Shown: positions 19,089 to 32,328 of the stretch, piece by piece
Layout of the letters: every line of letters starts with the position of its first letter
Numbering within the stretch: position 1 is the first letter of the stretch
Source of the DNA: Ancylonema sp.
Lineage: Eukaryota
Direction: 5' to 3'
NCBI GenBank assembly: GCA_050230475.1
Contig: JBFLGF010000166.1
Span: forward strand, 1-64,000
Length of the DNA stretch: 64,000 nucleotides
Notes under the pieces: generated by a model
Database searches by the model: none
The model's input: only the letters and a program-made list of their open reading frames with translations
Told to the model about the DNA's origin: nothing
Program-made: the position numbers and the translations under genes

Positions 19089-21603
19089 CGGTGCTCCCTC
19101 GATACAAGGACCCTCTGTATTAAGGACAACCTCGATGTAAGAATAGTGTTATGAACAAGTGTAAAATCAATAAGAAACAACGCTCTCGATATAAGCATAA
19201 GCATTTCGACACTCTATATAAAGACATTCTATTTTAGAATGTTGTTATTCAATGTCCTTATTCTGTGGATAGAATGCTATTTCTCGCAAATAATGATGTA
19301 TGGAAATGTATAAAAATATAAAACCCTCATGAACGAGTGGTACTGGAGTGTCTTGCCTACCAAAAATTGTCCATGTTGTTCATGGACTTGTGTATACTCC
19401 ATGTCTAACAAAATGTACGAGTTCTTCGTTGCTTCGTACGACTCTTAGTTCTTTCCCACCTCTCCTCGTTTTTTTTTTTTAATATTTTTTGCTTGTGTAT
19501 TGGTCACATTACGCACTTGTACATCTTGTATCACAACACGCACGTTGAATAAGATGGTAATATCAAGGCAACCTACTCTATGCAAACATGTGAACAACAC
19601 ATATGTATAGTCACTTTGCTTGATTCACGAAGGCCCTTGATATAAGGACACACGTTTCAAAATCCAGCGGTACAGAGCTCCCTCGATCTAAAGACCCTTT
19701 ATATTAGGACAACCTCGAAAAATATATAAATTTTGGTAATATTATGTCGATGCAAGAAACAAAAATTATGGGCGGGAGGCAAATTAACATTCAACATTTA
19801 TGTCATGTAGCTTAGATTCAAATCATGTCGATATTTTTTTGTGTGTCCGTTTGTTAAGAATTCGGATTATTTTGGTATGTTAGAATGTATAAAACTTGTG
19901 TATTTCGTTTGCGGTTCTCAATTCGGAAACAATGCAATTCTCTTCATGACAAGTGTTGGTGTGTCTTGCCTAGCTAAAAATATCCACGTGGTTCAGGACC
20001 AGTGTGTTTACTCCATGTTCAATAAAATATGTTGGTACTTCAAATACGTATACTATAATTCTACAGTCACCATGTATTGGTTTCATTACGTAGTTGTATG
20101 TATCATATCACACCTACCCAGCCGCCAAACCGTCACCCAGCCGCCAACCATCCGCCCAACCGCCACCCGACCGCCCAACCGCCAATTGTCGAAAGGCGAT
20201 TGGACGGCGGTTGGAGGTCGTGTGTTTTGGGGTACACTTTTAATAACAGTTTGCAACACTTCATATATTAGTGGTGGGTAAGTTCGATCGTACGATTATT
20301 TGCTCACACTCAGTTCTTCACAACTTTGAATAGTGTGCTTTTCATTTTGAAATTGACACATTTTTCATTACCAACCGTTGTTTAGCATGGGTAGCAGTTT
20401 TTTTAAAAAAAATATGATGTTGAAGAAGTGATTTAAAACTTTGATCATCGTGAAAATATCACAAGGATAAAAATGTTTTTTGCTATAACTTATGGTCCAG
20501 AAGTTCTTCATTGCAAGTTAGTAATTATGTACAATATAGTAGCCGTGTACAATACACGAGAAAGCGTCTGCAACAAGAGAAGCAGACTCACAATCGACTG
20601 CAAGGTCTATTCACTTTACAACCAAAGAATATAAATTGGCTAAGCCAAGTTCAAACGAATGGCTATAAATTGCACCCAATCGCACCTTATCCTTCCACCT
20701 ATTCACAAATATATATATCCCTTACGCCCACCCATCGTCCAACCGTCGCAACCGCCCCTACCGGCGTCCACCCGCCGTTGCGGCGGCGGGGCGGCCGCAC
20801 GGCGGTTTCGCGGTCGGAAGGAGGTCTGGTGAAATGGCGGTAGGCCGACCCGCAGTCGGCAGTCGGACTGCGGGTGCCCCACCCTACCTTGCACCACCCC
20901 CCTCGTAGCTAGAGTGGGGGTTAACCTTTTTCCCTAATAACCCTCAACCCTTAATCTCGAGGTTAATAGCCTGATTTAACCCTCCTCCCCAGAACATGGT
21001 TAAACCCTCGAGGTTACTGGTTAACCCTGATTTAACCCGATAACCCTAGGGTTATCAGGGTTATTCAGGGTTAAAAAGGGTTAATAAGGGTTATTAAAGG
21101 GCTAATTTTGCCGCCGCCGCCGCCGTCGCGGGTGGGACGGGGTACTTCCGGGTACAGATAAACCTGTCTATAATTATATTGCGCCAAATAATAACCTGTC
21201 TAAATTTATTAACACTGCTTTCGGGTGAATTAATAACCTGTCCAAATAAATAACCTGTTTTAATCAGTAACTTGTAAGATTTTTTTTTGTTTCGGTTCCG
21301 TCATATTGATTTTGACAGGTATTTCAGGGTTAATAACCCTAGGGCTAATCAGGGCTAAGCAGGGTTATCGGGAATATTCAGGATATTCAGGGTTAATTAG
21401 GGTTAATTAGGGTCAATCAGGGTTATTCAGGGTTTTTCAGGGTTAAAAGGGTTTATCAGGGTTAAAAAGGGTTATTTCCGGGTTACGACATAACCCTGAA
21501 AACAATTTCAGGGTTACCCCCACTCTACTCGTGGCTGACCTAAAAACCTTCAGCCGTGATTTGGGGGTTATTTTATGTTTTTATGTCCTATATCGAGGGA
21601 GCA
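19089..21603. mobile_element. Cluster of degraded Tc1/pogo-like relics with nested insertions
   Basis: Two related left ends, TA|CGGTGCTCCCTCGAT (19089) and TA|CAGAGCTCCCTCGAT (19673); a complementary end ATCGAGGGAGCA at ~21592-21603; and a duplicated block at 19335-19427 vs 19950-20041. Confidence 0.5.
20910..21527. mobile_element. hAT MITE with AGGGTT/AACCCT subterminal repeats
   Basis: TIR TAGAGTGGGGG / CCCCCACTCTA; 8-bp TSD CTCGTAGC / CTCGTGGC (one mismatch). Confidence 0.85.
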
Positions 21604-22182
21604 TTCATTGCAACAAGTGGCCGATCCGGAATCACACGTTACTAGATTGCTCAGTGTTCCCGCTCATTGATCGAAGTTCGAGCTCAATGATCCCTGATGC
21701 CTGATCCCTGTTCCTTCTCAGCCGCGAATTGCGCATCGTGTTGACACGTGTATGAAACATTCTCTGGGGGTATCGGACGCGTTCCTACCCGTCCTGTGTA
21801 CGATCATGACACGCGCGAATGGCACATAGTTGATTTGTCTGCCGTAATAACTGGCTGTTTCTGGCTGTTTTCTGTGTGTTCTGTGTTCTCTGTTTCCTCT
21901 GTTTCACCTGTCTTCTCTGGCTGTCGTTGTAGGTCTTCTTCTAACGCATATCGCAAGTCCTTTATTTAATAATATCACGCCTCAAATCAGAAGGGATTAG
22001 GGCTTTGGAGCTTCTTGAGCTGTTGAAAGAGGCACGTCAAAATGCGGGTATGGTAGACAATGCAACTCATAAAAGTGGGCCGTGACCAATGTCGCAAAGT
22101 CGGTGGGTGAGAAATACACGTGGTGGCAAAGTCAATGCTCGGGCAGAAAGAGCATTGACGTAGTGCCCTGGGGCTCCTAGAC

Positions 22183-24987
22183 ATGTCACTATCGGCTCTA
22201 CCGGAGCAGGCCTGTGAGGTAGTGGACCTGGGCGAGGATCCTAAGAGATTTGATTTCGCCTTCGCTTTTGACAACGCCGACTTCGCAGGTAGGAGCAAGC
22301 CCCTGAGTCATGAGGGGTGTGCTTCATGATATGCACAGTGTCCCGCGCCACCTGGCAGTTAGTTTATTGACTGAGAACCGGGAGGAGCGCCTTAATTAGA
22401 GACAGGGAGAACGAGAAACTTGCAAGGAGGTTCTTCGACTCCTGCAATGGCTATTGTCCAACTGAAACGGCTGCTGACTCTCTTTAAGCGGAGGCGAAAT
22501 CCTGGTTCCGGTAATGGACCAGAGTTCCTATGCTGGGGGGGCGAGAGACACGTGCTTGATCGGTCGGTAGGTTTGAGCGAGCATCATCAGCATGCACCTT
22601 CAGCGCTACTAGAATGCAATAATATGTATCATAACATTACGAATGGTAGAACGGGAGAGGACTGGACAACGGCGACTGCGGTGTTGGCCGACGGCCACTC
22701 CTCGATACATGTCTGTGCATGACATAACTAACCTGTAACTCTTGGCCGATGCTACATTACAGTGAACTCCATGATTGTGAGACTGGTCGGCAAGAGACTG
22801 AGAAGAGCTCTCGTTCAATTTGACTCCTTCGCAGATCGGTTGGTGACTCTGTGCATGACGCCAGAAGAGGATGGTCGGTCGGAAGAAGGTGGGGGCGAGG
22901 CTTGTGAAAACGATGACGTCAGCAGCCCCTCTGCCCCCACGTCAGAAACCAGACCCGGCGCTCCCGACCAAGCTGTCTTCATGCCCTCCACCAAGCGCGG
23001 CAAGCACAAGCTGCCCTCTTCAACGCTGCTCACCCCCTCACTCTCTGCTTCCGCCACGTCCTCGCCCCTTGTGGCTCCCACAGTCAGTCTCCAGCTGTCC
23101 TCCGTCATCCTGGCTGCCAAGTCCTCATTCTTCAGGAGCCTGTTCACATGCGGCCTCAAGGAAGCCTGTGGAGCGAACCCTGTGGTACTCAGTGTCAGCC
23201 CAGATGGTAACAAAAAACGTCCTTGCTTTCCACCGCAAACCTGCATCCTGTGGAGGCCAATCATTCTGAGTGCACGTTGGATGGTGTGGGTGGGGTTGGG
23301 ACTGGGGTTGCAGAAGTGGAGCCGGTGGTAGATCTCCTCCGTTTCATTTACACGGGTAAGCAATCATGTGGGACACCATATCACCCTCTCGATTTGGGCA
23401 TCCGGAGGACGGAAACACAATTTCGGTCGTGCTGTATTTTGGGAGAAAACATAATCTCTTCCTAGTTTTCCAGGCGACATGCAGGACGGCCTGCAGGACC
23501 CCGAGGACCTCATCAAGATGTTCCTGGTGGCCGACAAGTTTGGCGTCGGCGCTTGCATGAAGATCTGTCTCCAGAAACTCGCCTCCCTCCCCATGACCGT
23601 CGCCACCGCCTGCCTCTACCTCTCCCTCCCGGACTCCATGCACTCCCACAAAGGAGTCGCGCAGCTGCTGGAGGCATCCCGCCTCTACCTTGTGTCGCAT
23701 TTCCGCGACCTGGAGCGCGTGTACAAGGGCGAGGAGTTTCTGGACCTCCCCCTGGTCGGCCTGCAGACGCTTCTGGCCAGCGACGAGCTGAACGTGAGGG
23801 ACGAGCTGACGGCTTTTTCTGCCATGTTGGAGTGGGTGCGGCACCACGAGGAAGAGTTGGATAGCAGACGGAGCGCTGCTGCTGCGCGGGCCGAGTACGT
23901 GCGTTTCCCGCTCATGACGGGGGATGACCTGGAGGAAGTGGTGCTGAAAGCGGAGGAGATGGCGTCAGAGGGGTGCGCGCAGCTGGTCAAGGAAGCAGCT
24001 TGGTTCAGGTTGCCACCTCCTTCCATCCTGCCCAAGCCTTCCTTCTTTTAAGGTCACCTGTCTCATGCTTGCTTCCGCCTTTTTTTTCTCTGTGTGTTCA
24101 GGAGCTATAGTCTTGTGCGTCGCCTTCGTCTGATGACCGAGACGGGCCCTTTGCACCGACGGTTCTGGCAGCGCAAGTGGAACCGGAACTCCGTGGGATT
24201 TGTCTACTTCGATATTCATCTAGAGAGGTTCCAGGTGAGAAATCCATGTCTGCGTGCTACTCACTCTATGCTATTCCACGTTATGTGCATCAGAATATGC
24301 ATGAGAATATGTGTGCTGGGTTTCTACAGGCTCTGGCGGTGACGTCGACGGTGGAGTCAGCCACGTTTGGAATTGGGGGGAAGCGTTTCTACCTGTCCGC
24401 GCGCCACGGACGGAGGGACGATCAAAGCGAGACATTAGACATCCATCTGCACCTGGACAACTCCACAGCTGTCCAACCAGAAATACAGGTTGGGAAAGGG
24501 GGGAGGGTTCAGGGTTACAACGTTCCTCAGTGTAGGGTTAGGAGGCGAAGCAATGTTATCATGAGTGCTTGTGGCATGTTCATGCTCAGTTTCTAGAGTG
24601 TGGAGTATGTTCGTCTATGTTGTATACGTGGTACATTTGTGAATTGCAATCGATCGATGCATGTTCCTCGATTGATCGATTGATCGTCCCTTGTGCATTC
24701 TGCGAAGAGGTCACAAATATTGTTGTTTCACCCCTTATCAGGTGTCCTTCATATTCTACGCCAAACGGTGGCCGGAGGGGCAGTTCGATTACCTTCGCGA
24801 CCGTGTGACAAAGGGTTTTGGGCGCAATGCATCCAACTGGGGCTACTCCAACATTCTAGGGCGTCCTTGGGCCGAAGTTGTCCAAAATGATTCCAAGTAC
24901 TTCAACAATGGAGTCATGTCGGTTTTTGCGGAAGTCCAAATATTGGAGCACGATGGAGGCCGGCTTGGGGCTTGCTCCGGGAGCTGA
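22183..24987 (+). CDS. BTB/POZ-BACK protein, LRB/POB1-like, multi-exon
   Basis: FDFAFAFDNADFA|DRLV, SSVILAAKSSFFRSLF, LLRFIYTG, FLVADKFGVGACM, FLDLPLVGLQTLLASDELNV, YVRFPLM, FGIGGKRFYL and WGYSNILGRPW..SKYFNNG. Confidence 0.85.
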
Positions 24988-26200
24988 AAGATGTAAGAGT
25001 CCATCTTAAATTCCATAGAGCACCATCATTTTTTTACCTGACAATTTCTGCTTGGATTCCCATCCCATGTACTGCAAATTTGTGATGTGGAGTAACAAAA
25101 ACTTATTTTGATTTTTTTCCAATAGAAAAACTTATCCTGCCCTGTGTAGCTTCGAAGTTGTCTTTACACTTTTTTTTCCTTTGACTTATGTCGAAGGCAT
25201 CACAAAAACAATTATTGAAGTTTGATTTTTTTTATTATTAAAAAAATGGCACTTTTTTTGTGCAAATTTGGACTCTATTGGGATTAATCAGTGTAAGTGT
25301 TGACGAATTTGCTCAATAATTCCACTAGTGTGAACACCTCATTATTATGTGCATTAACCCTAGCTCGAGACAAAGTTTGTTCTCATAGTCTCGATTGTCA
25401 AGCTATGTATTAAAAATGTACGCCACCCATTATTTACATAAAGATGACAGAAGTTGGGCGATCCTTTGACCCGCTCAGGGTGTCATTGTTGCTAACTCCC
25501 TTACATGAGTTTTGTATCGAAAGGGGAGTGGACAATGAATATTACAAAACGAAAGTTTGAGCATGTAGGAACAAGTTTACAAACAAACTTGTACTGTATC
25601 ATGGAAATTGTCCGAGCCTTGGGTGGCATCAAAATGCATCTCTTGGGCATCTCAGGTGTACTAAACAATCATTGTCGAAAACCATTTTGGTGCATCAAAT
25701 CATAGTTGAGCCGGATACGATTGGGAGTTATCCGATTCGCCGATCCGGATCGGCCACGATCCGGCGCCGATTCGAATCGGTGGCGCCAAACATGATGTGA
25801 AGATCGATGGTTTGCATGCATGAATGATGACCTAAAACCCCCCTGAAAACTCGTTTTCGTGGTTTTAAATGTACCCCCCCCGTAGTGTGTAAAATACGCA
25901 GTACATTATCAAATTTCGACGACTGTAATTTGGTTGCATAAATTTGCGCGTGCGGCACGTGTGCCGCACGGGTAGTAGAACCCCGCACAGTGGGGACTGA
26001 CGAATTTTGACGCTAGGATATCGTTATTACACCACTCCTTCATTTTAGTGGTTTTTTTTTGTTTTGTCAGGGGAGGATGGATCATCTAAACTAGCGTATT
26101 TTATGATACCCACTCGTTATAGCGACATCGCAATAGTATATTGGTCACTTTAACGGGTGTCCCCAATAAGTTTGTCATTATAGAGTGGGTTTTTATAGAG

Positions 26201-26474
26201 TGTCGTATCCATAAAGATCATGTACGGCTACACGCGAAAACGCTACTCCGTACGAGCACACCGTACAAGTTATGCCTATAACAAGGACCGGACCGCCGTA
26301 CAATCTATCACATAGCTAAACCATCACCCTAGGCACACTCCGTACTCACATAGTCGCGCCTAGACGGCATGCAACTACCGAGCACCCCACGCCTAAACGG
26401 CATGAAGTGCCGCAATCCGCACAACCGCGACTTGCTTCAAATAAATGCTCACTAGCGTACTGGGCAAGGTGTCA
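26201..26474. mobile_element. LTR-like repeat, copy 1
   Basis: Begins TGTCGTA and aligns with 60352-60642. Directly follows a relic resembling the pogo-like end at ~4020-4080. Confidence 0.55.
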
Positions 26475-26519
26475 CGCCCTATGTCTATGTCTTTGGAACC
26501 CCTATATTTTTGTGACTTC

Positions 26520-26842
<323 letters not shown>

Positions 26843-27838
26843 GGTCACCGCAGTTGCGTCCCGGGCCGTCCGGAAATACCTGGACGCGTCCCGGACGCGT
26901 CCGGGATCCTCGCGGTCGGGACACAACTATAGACGCAATCGATAACAATAATCATCGACCAATTAAATCACTACGATTCACGCGCACAACGAGTCACTCT
27001 CGAACGTCATGCTTGACCGAGTTTCACCGGCCTGTCCGCAAGCCCGACGGCCGCCATCTCGCCAAAACTCAAGTAGATGCCGCCACACTCAAAGTGCCAA
27101 ATAGTGCCGTCACAATAAAATGTTCCGTCACACTCGAAAATTACCAAATGGTGTCGTCACATTCAAAGGCGCCAACAGTGTCGTCACACTAAAAAAAGTG
27201 CAGTCGCGCTTGCGCTTGCCTCCCGTGCCCTTGCACCGTTAACCGTAACCGAGTCAATATCCGGTTGGACCGTACGATACCCACGTGTTGCACGTGCGAC
27301 TATAATAATGAGGGGGGGGTAAGAAGGAAGGAAAATGGGGGAAGGAATAAAAGGGAATAAGGAATCTAAAAAAAAAAAAAACTTGTGTCGTGCCTCAAGT
27401 GTCCCAAATTTGCTAGGTGTAATTTTTACATTTTAATCGTCATGACGGTAAATTAGTAATTACCTCAATTACGATTTACATGTAAGGCTATCGTCAAATT
27501 ACACGGGTTTTCGTAAAATGACGATATCACCGTAATTCGTAAATTACGGCTGTATTACTTACGCCGAAACCCGGATTACGTCATATTTACAACCCTAATT
27601 GACCCGTTGTACAGCTTATTACAAAGGCTGTCAACGATATTTTAATACATCGTAGGTTTGCCTTCGATTTCTTGAATCTAACCTGTCTCGATCAATAATT
27701 GGTCTACATCAATATATTATTCCAGACTACAAGTCTGAACTTCAAGAGTCAACTCCGCAGTGCTTCATCATGCCCTAATAGCACCAGGCGACGTCCCAGA
27801 CTAAGACTCCCAGCTGTTAGAAAAAGGAACCCTCGTCC

Positions 27839-30800
27839 ATGTCCCCTATGGACGATGTCTCCCGGCATGTAGGAGCCATTTCGGGAGACCTAGGTAGGCG
27901 ACTTTCAGAATTCTCACAAGACATTACTCGTAAGCTCCATCAGACTTCTCAACGCCTCACGAGGCCATTCCATTCTGAAAACGATCAGAATGGAAGTTCC
28001 AGCCAGGTAAAAAACGCAGCGCAAGTGCGTAACGTTAACGCAAAAAAAAGTAGCGCGATCACCCCGTTTGAAAATACCCTCAGAAGTAGTAAGCTAGACT
28101 CTGTCGAAACCGTACCAGCAGCTACAGACAATAAAAGTAGTGGCAGCGAGTCTGATCTCGCAGAAAGGCAGAAGCTTCGCCGGATCAAAACCAAGCCACA
28201 AGTAGATCGAAAGCAGGTCCTGTCAGGAGAGGCGCAGAGGCGGCAACGGAACGGTGTTCGTAGTGGGAAATCTGTTCAGGTACGTTTCATATTAGCGTAG
28301 CCGCCCTTTTCTAACCAGAAAACTATCTTCAGATGTCCGGGAAGCGCACTGACACAGAGAATGACGTCATGATGACTCACGCGATGGGCACCTCTGTTTA
28401 CCAGTTCTGATGCCCATTGCATAGCAGCACGGATACCGATACCGGTACCGATACGATACGGACACACCGATGTCGCATGTTCAGCCGTTTCTGTATAAGC
28501 CCGATATGTCCGTACAAATGTACGGACCATACAAAACCGTTCAGTAACACGGTTTGTATGAGTGCACTTTTCGTGTTCCCCACCCCCCCCCCCCCCACCC
28601 TTTCTTCCTTCTTTGTCGTCTTTTTTGTTTGTTCTGAAAATGTAGCTAGTTTACACACATTCTCCATTTGGTGCGATGTCCAAATTTATGTTTTTTCGTC
28701 ACCCAAGTACATGTATACCTTGTATATTGGGCGTCTCCGTATCCTCATCCGAAGGGCATATCCCCCCCCCAGCCGTATCGTTGCCTCATGGCACTGCACA
28801 CAGAGAGAGGTTGAAGGTGCCTAGCCCCTTGATGGGAAGTTGGGAAGCCCTTGCTGTTTCTCATGCACCTTCACACACTCCTTCCTGAGTATCACAACCA
28901 GTGAAGAAGGAAAGCTATACTCTGTCCATAACACACTATTCAGAAATCCCCAGCTGCCAGATTGTCAGGGGTGTGGACCAGGTGTTCTCTCTATGTGTGT
29001 GTGTGTGTAATAGACTGAACTTGGCGAACACAGGAGTACGTTGTGCTTAAACGGCTGAAACCCATTCATGAGGTTGCTTAGAACCGTGCATGGGTGAATG
29101 GTGACGCAGTATCTGTAGAAGGAATCTTGGAAGATGAGATGCATGAGCTTGGGTTATCAACATTGATATTATCGGTCGTATTGATTTGATTCATAAGCTT
29201 TTTTTTTGCATCAACCCCTGCCATCTATCACAATTGTAAAAATGAATGACAAAACAAAGAATAAAAATTCAATCAGAAATGGACTGCTTTAGCCAGCAAC
29301 TCTCGACTAATAGCAAACAAATATTAACAGGCCATACAAATTGGCAAACATCACGCATGTGCAAGAACAACATGTACTCGGTAAACATTTGTTTGCCGAG
29401 TACATGAAGATCATGATGGTGAAACTCAATCATGTCCATCTAGGTACTTCTTTGTACAAAATTGTTTCTCTAATCATCAGCAATGTCGATCTGAGTGTAC
29501 CTCTGAAAGAACACCCGAATATGATTGCTTTCCTATCCTCTTGGTGTGAATCCCTTTCCAGCGTCATTCAGAAGAAGAGGAGGATCTAGCGGCCCTCCCG
29601 CCCCCCCCCCGGCTGGCGGACAAATATGAAGAAGCCGGGAGGTGGGAACATTTGCATTCGGGATCGAGGACCGTGAGTGCCTATGCCTCCTAGCCCCATT
29701 GCCTCATTTCTGTCGCTTCACACGCCCCAGAAAGAGATCAGAGTTGGTGCGTGTTCCTGTTTCGCATCTGCGGCTGTGATTCCCGTATCATGGTCGTCAT
29801 GAAGGTCACTCTTTTGGTACCCCTTTTGATGCAGGTTGGAGTAGGGGGGCCCGTGAGTAGGGAAGAATTGGGACGCTGCACCTGGACGTTCTTACATACG
29901 CTGGCCGCCCAGGTGACTAGTTTTGCCACACCCTTTATTTTCATATTTCTGCCGCGCAAATCTTGAGGTCTGAAACAATCTTCATCTATGTGCCTCCAAC
30001 GGTCTGAAGCGGCGCAGGATGAGCACAAGAGGATGGAGGCAGGGATAAATTTTAAGACCTCTTTTGGGACCTATTAAGCACTGCCACTGCCATCCAGACT
30101 TGCTAGATTGGGGTTGGGACAGCAGGCCATGGGTAGAGAGCCCTGGAGTGCGCAAAGAAGTCAAGGGCAGGTCTTTTTGTGTTGTTTTGGAAGAACCTGG
30201 GCACAGCATTCTGTGTTGTCAATGCTTCACAGATAGGATGTCTGTGTGTAGATTTGGTTCATTGCGCCCTCATTTCTTGTTTGCAGTTTCCGCCCAAACC
30301 CACAAAGCAGCAGCAACGAGATGTTCAAGAGTTGGTAAGAAACTCCCACCTCTCACCTTGACTCTGTTTCCACTGCACCTCCCAGCTCTTAGCTCTCAGC
30401 TCTAAGCTCTAAGCTTCTAGGTTGGTCTCTCTTATTCTTATTCTCCGCAAATCTGAAGTCCTCCTTGGGTTGGTCTGTGGTCTGTGGTCTGTGGCAGATG
30501 AGTCTGATGACTCGGATCTACCCTTGCAAAGAGTGCGCCGATCATTTTAAGGAAGTGTTAAGGCGAGATCCTTTCCACGATTGACTTCATGCACCGATGC
30601 ATGATTCATGATTCATGGGGAATGGAAGTCCTCATTCGAATGGGAGTCCTTTCGTGTGTTTCAAAACATTGACGGCCGTAGGAAGCCCTAGGGGGCGCTC
30701 AGACTCAGCTCTGTGTGTCTGATCATTTATTTGGGAGGGCAGGAGTTGGTGTAGTGCCACGGAGGTGCTTTTTGGATGCGTGAAATGTGGAGAAGTAAGT

Positions 30801-31196
30801 TGTGGGGTGGGCATGTCCTTCTGATTGTGTGCCAGGTGTCATCCCCCCGTCACGAGATCAGGAGCTGAGTTAGCGCTATGGATGTGTACGGTACACAATG
30901 TTGTGAACCGCAGGTGAGGCCACGTGTGTATTTAATGATTAGTGTTCCTGAATTGCGTGGAAAGTGTCATTTCTGTCTGCTTTTGGACTTTTACGGTGAT
31001 AAGTTGCATTCTTGAGTTGTGTAGGACAAGAAAGTAGGCGTTGTCTCTTGACCCTCATGTCTGTGTGTGGTATGTCAGCTTGAACAAGCCTCAGTTTCTT
31101 TGTGAGCAAGTGGAGTCGCGTTGGGGTGCCCTTGAGTGTGAGGAGAGTGCGTGTACCATGGAAGGAAGGGGAGGGGGGGCATACAAAGGAACGTGA
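27839..31196 (+). CDS. ERV1: Erv1/ALR FAD-linked sulfhydryl oxidase, multi-exon (attachment of exon 27839-28279 inferred)
   Basis: GPVSREELGRCTWTFLHTLAAQ, FPPKPTKQQQRDVQEL, IYPCKECADHF (CxxC), WMCTVHNVVNRSLNKP, and the plant-type C-terminal CEESAC (Cx4C). Stop TGA at 31194-31196. Confidence 0.9.
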
Positions 31197-32328
31197 GGTG
31201 GAGCTCTGGCCGCAACTCTACACACATCAAAGGCAGTTTCTGGACATGGGAACAATCACCAGAGGTGCTTTTCGTTTGAAGTCCTGGTACCCCCTCATTT
31301 GCTGTCATTAGATTCCGCTATTGATTTCCAAGACGACAATGGGTCTCAAGCCTAGATTTTGGAACCGGCTAGTTTCCATTTTCGTACCTTCTTAGACCGG
31401 GATGCGAGACGTTGAGTACAATGAACCACGTGCTTCCAGATTGTACTCAATTATCAATCCAAACGTGTGTAGGATTTACTTCGCTTTGCGATTGTCATTT
31501 TAACAAGTGGATGGCAACGGCACCAGTAGGGAACAACGCTACTTGTGTCTTAAAACGAACGTGAGCAAGTCATGTTCTTTCTCTTCGCTGTCAAAGAGTA
31601 AAAGAGGCAGACTGTGAGGATGACAACTCTTTGCACAATGGAGGGTCCAAAGTTGCACGTTGATAGAAAGCGAAATAGTTGCAATTGCACTTCAGAAGTC
31701 AAAAGTTCTTGTAACCAACGAATATTTAATGTTTAGTGTTAGCAAAACGATGACGTTCTCAAGTGCATGGTTTGTTCCAAGGAATATTATTTCGTAACAG
31801 CAACATATAGCAATTCATTTTTTATTATTTTTTAAATGTACACTTGCAATGGAATGCGGTGCTCAAGTGTTCATAAAAACCTCGGATTTGTCGATAGACT
31901 AACTAGGTTGTGGCATAATCATTGCCACATTGTGTGCACGTAGATATCGATCATTTACACATATTCGCATCCGGCATGAACATGGCTGCGATGTTTACAT
32001 TTCCACATCTCAAGTTTATACACCCATACCAAGAGTAATGTCACATAAGAAGCTTCTCTTTTGTCCCTTCACAATATTTCATTTCACATGGGGGCTATTG
32101 GTACAATACATCATATGCACAATACACATGCTCGTATGCCCATCCATACAATCGAGCAAATACCTCTTGCTAGTGGTACATACATGCCCTTCACTAGCGT
32201 CCACATACTGACTATTTTACAAATGATCTGTGATTATGCAAGAACTAATTTCCTCTACTGCATGCGACACAAGTTTGATGACTGTGTGCAATGGCGTGAT
32301 TCACGGGCACTCTTCCGTGCACAATTAA

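Noticed and set aside
20910..21527. Interstitial telomere or chromosome-fusion site
   Set aside because: The repeats are irregular and enclosed by hAT TIRs with an 8-bp TSD.
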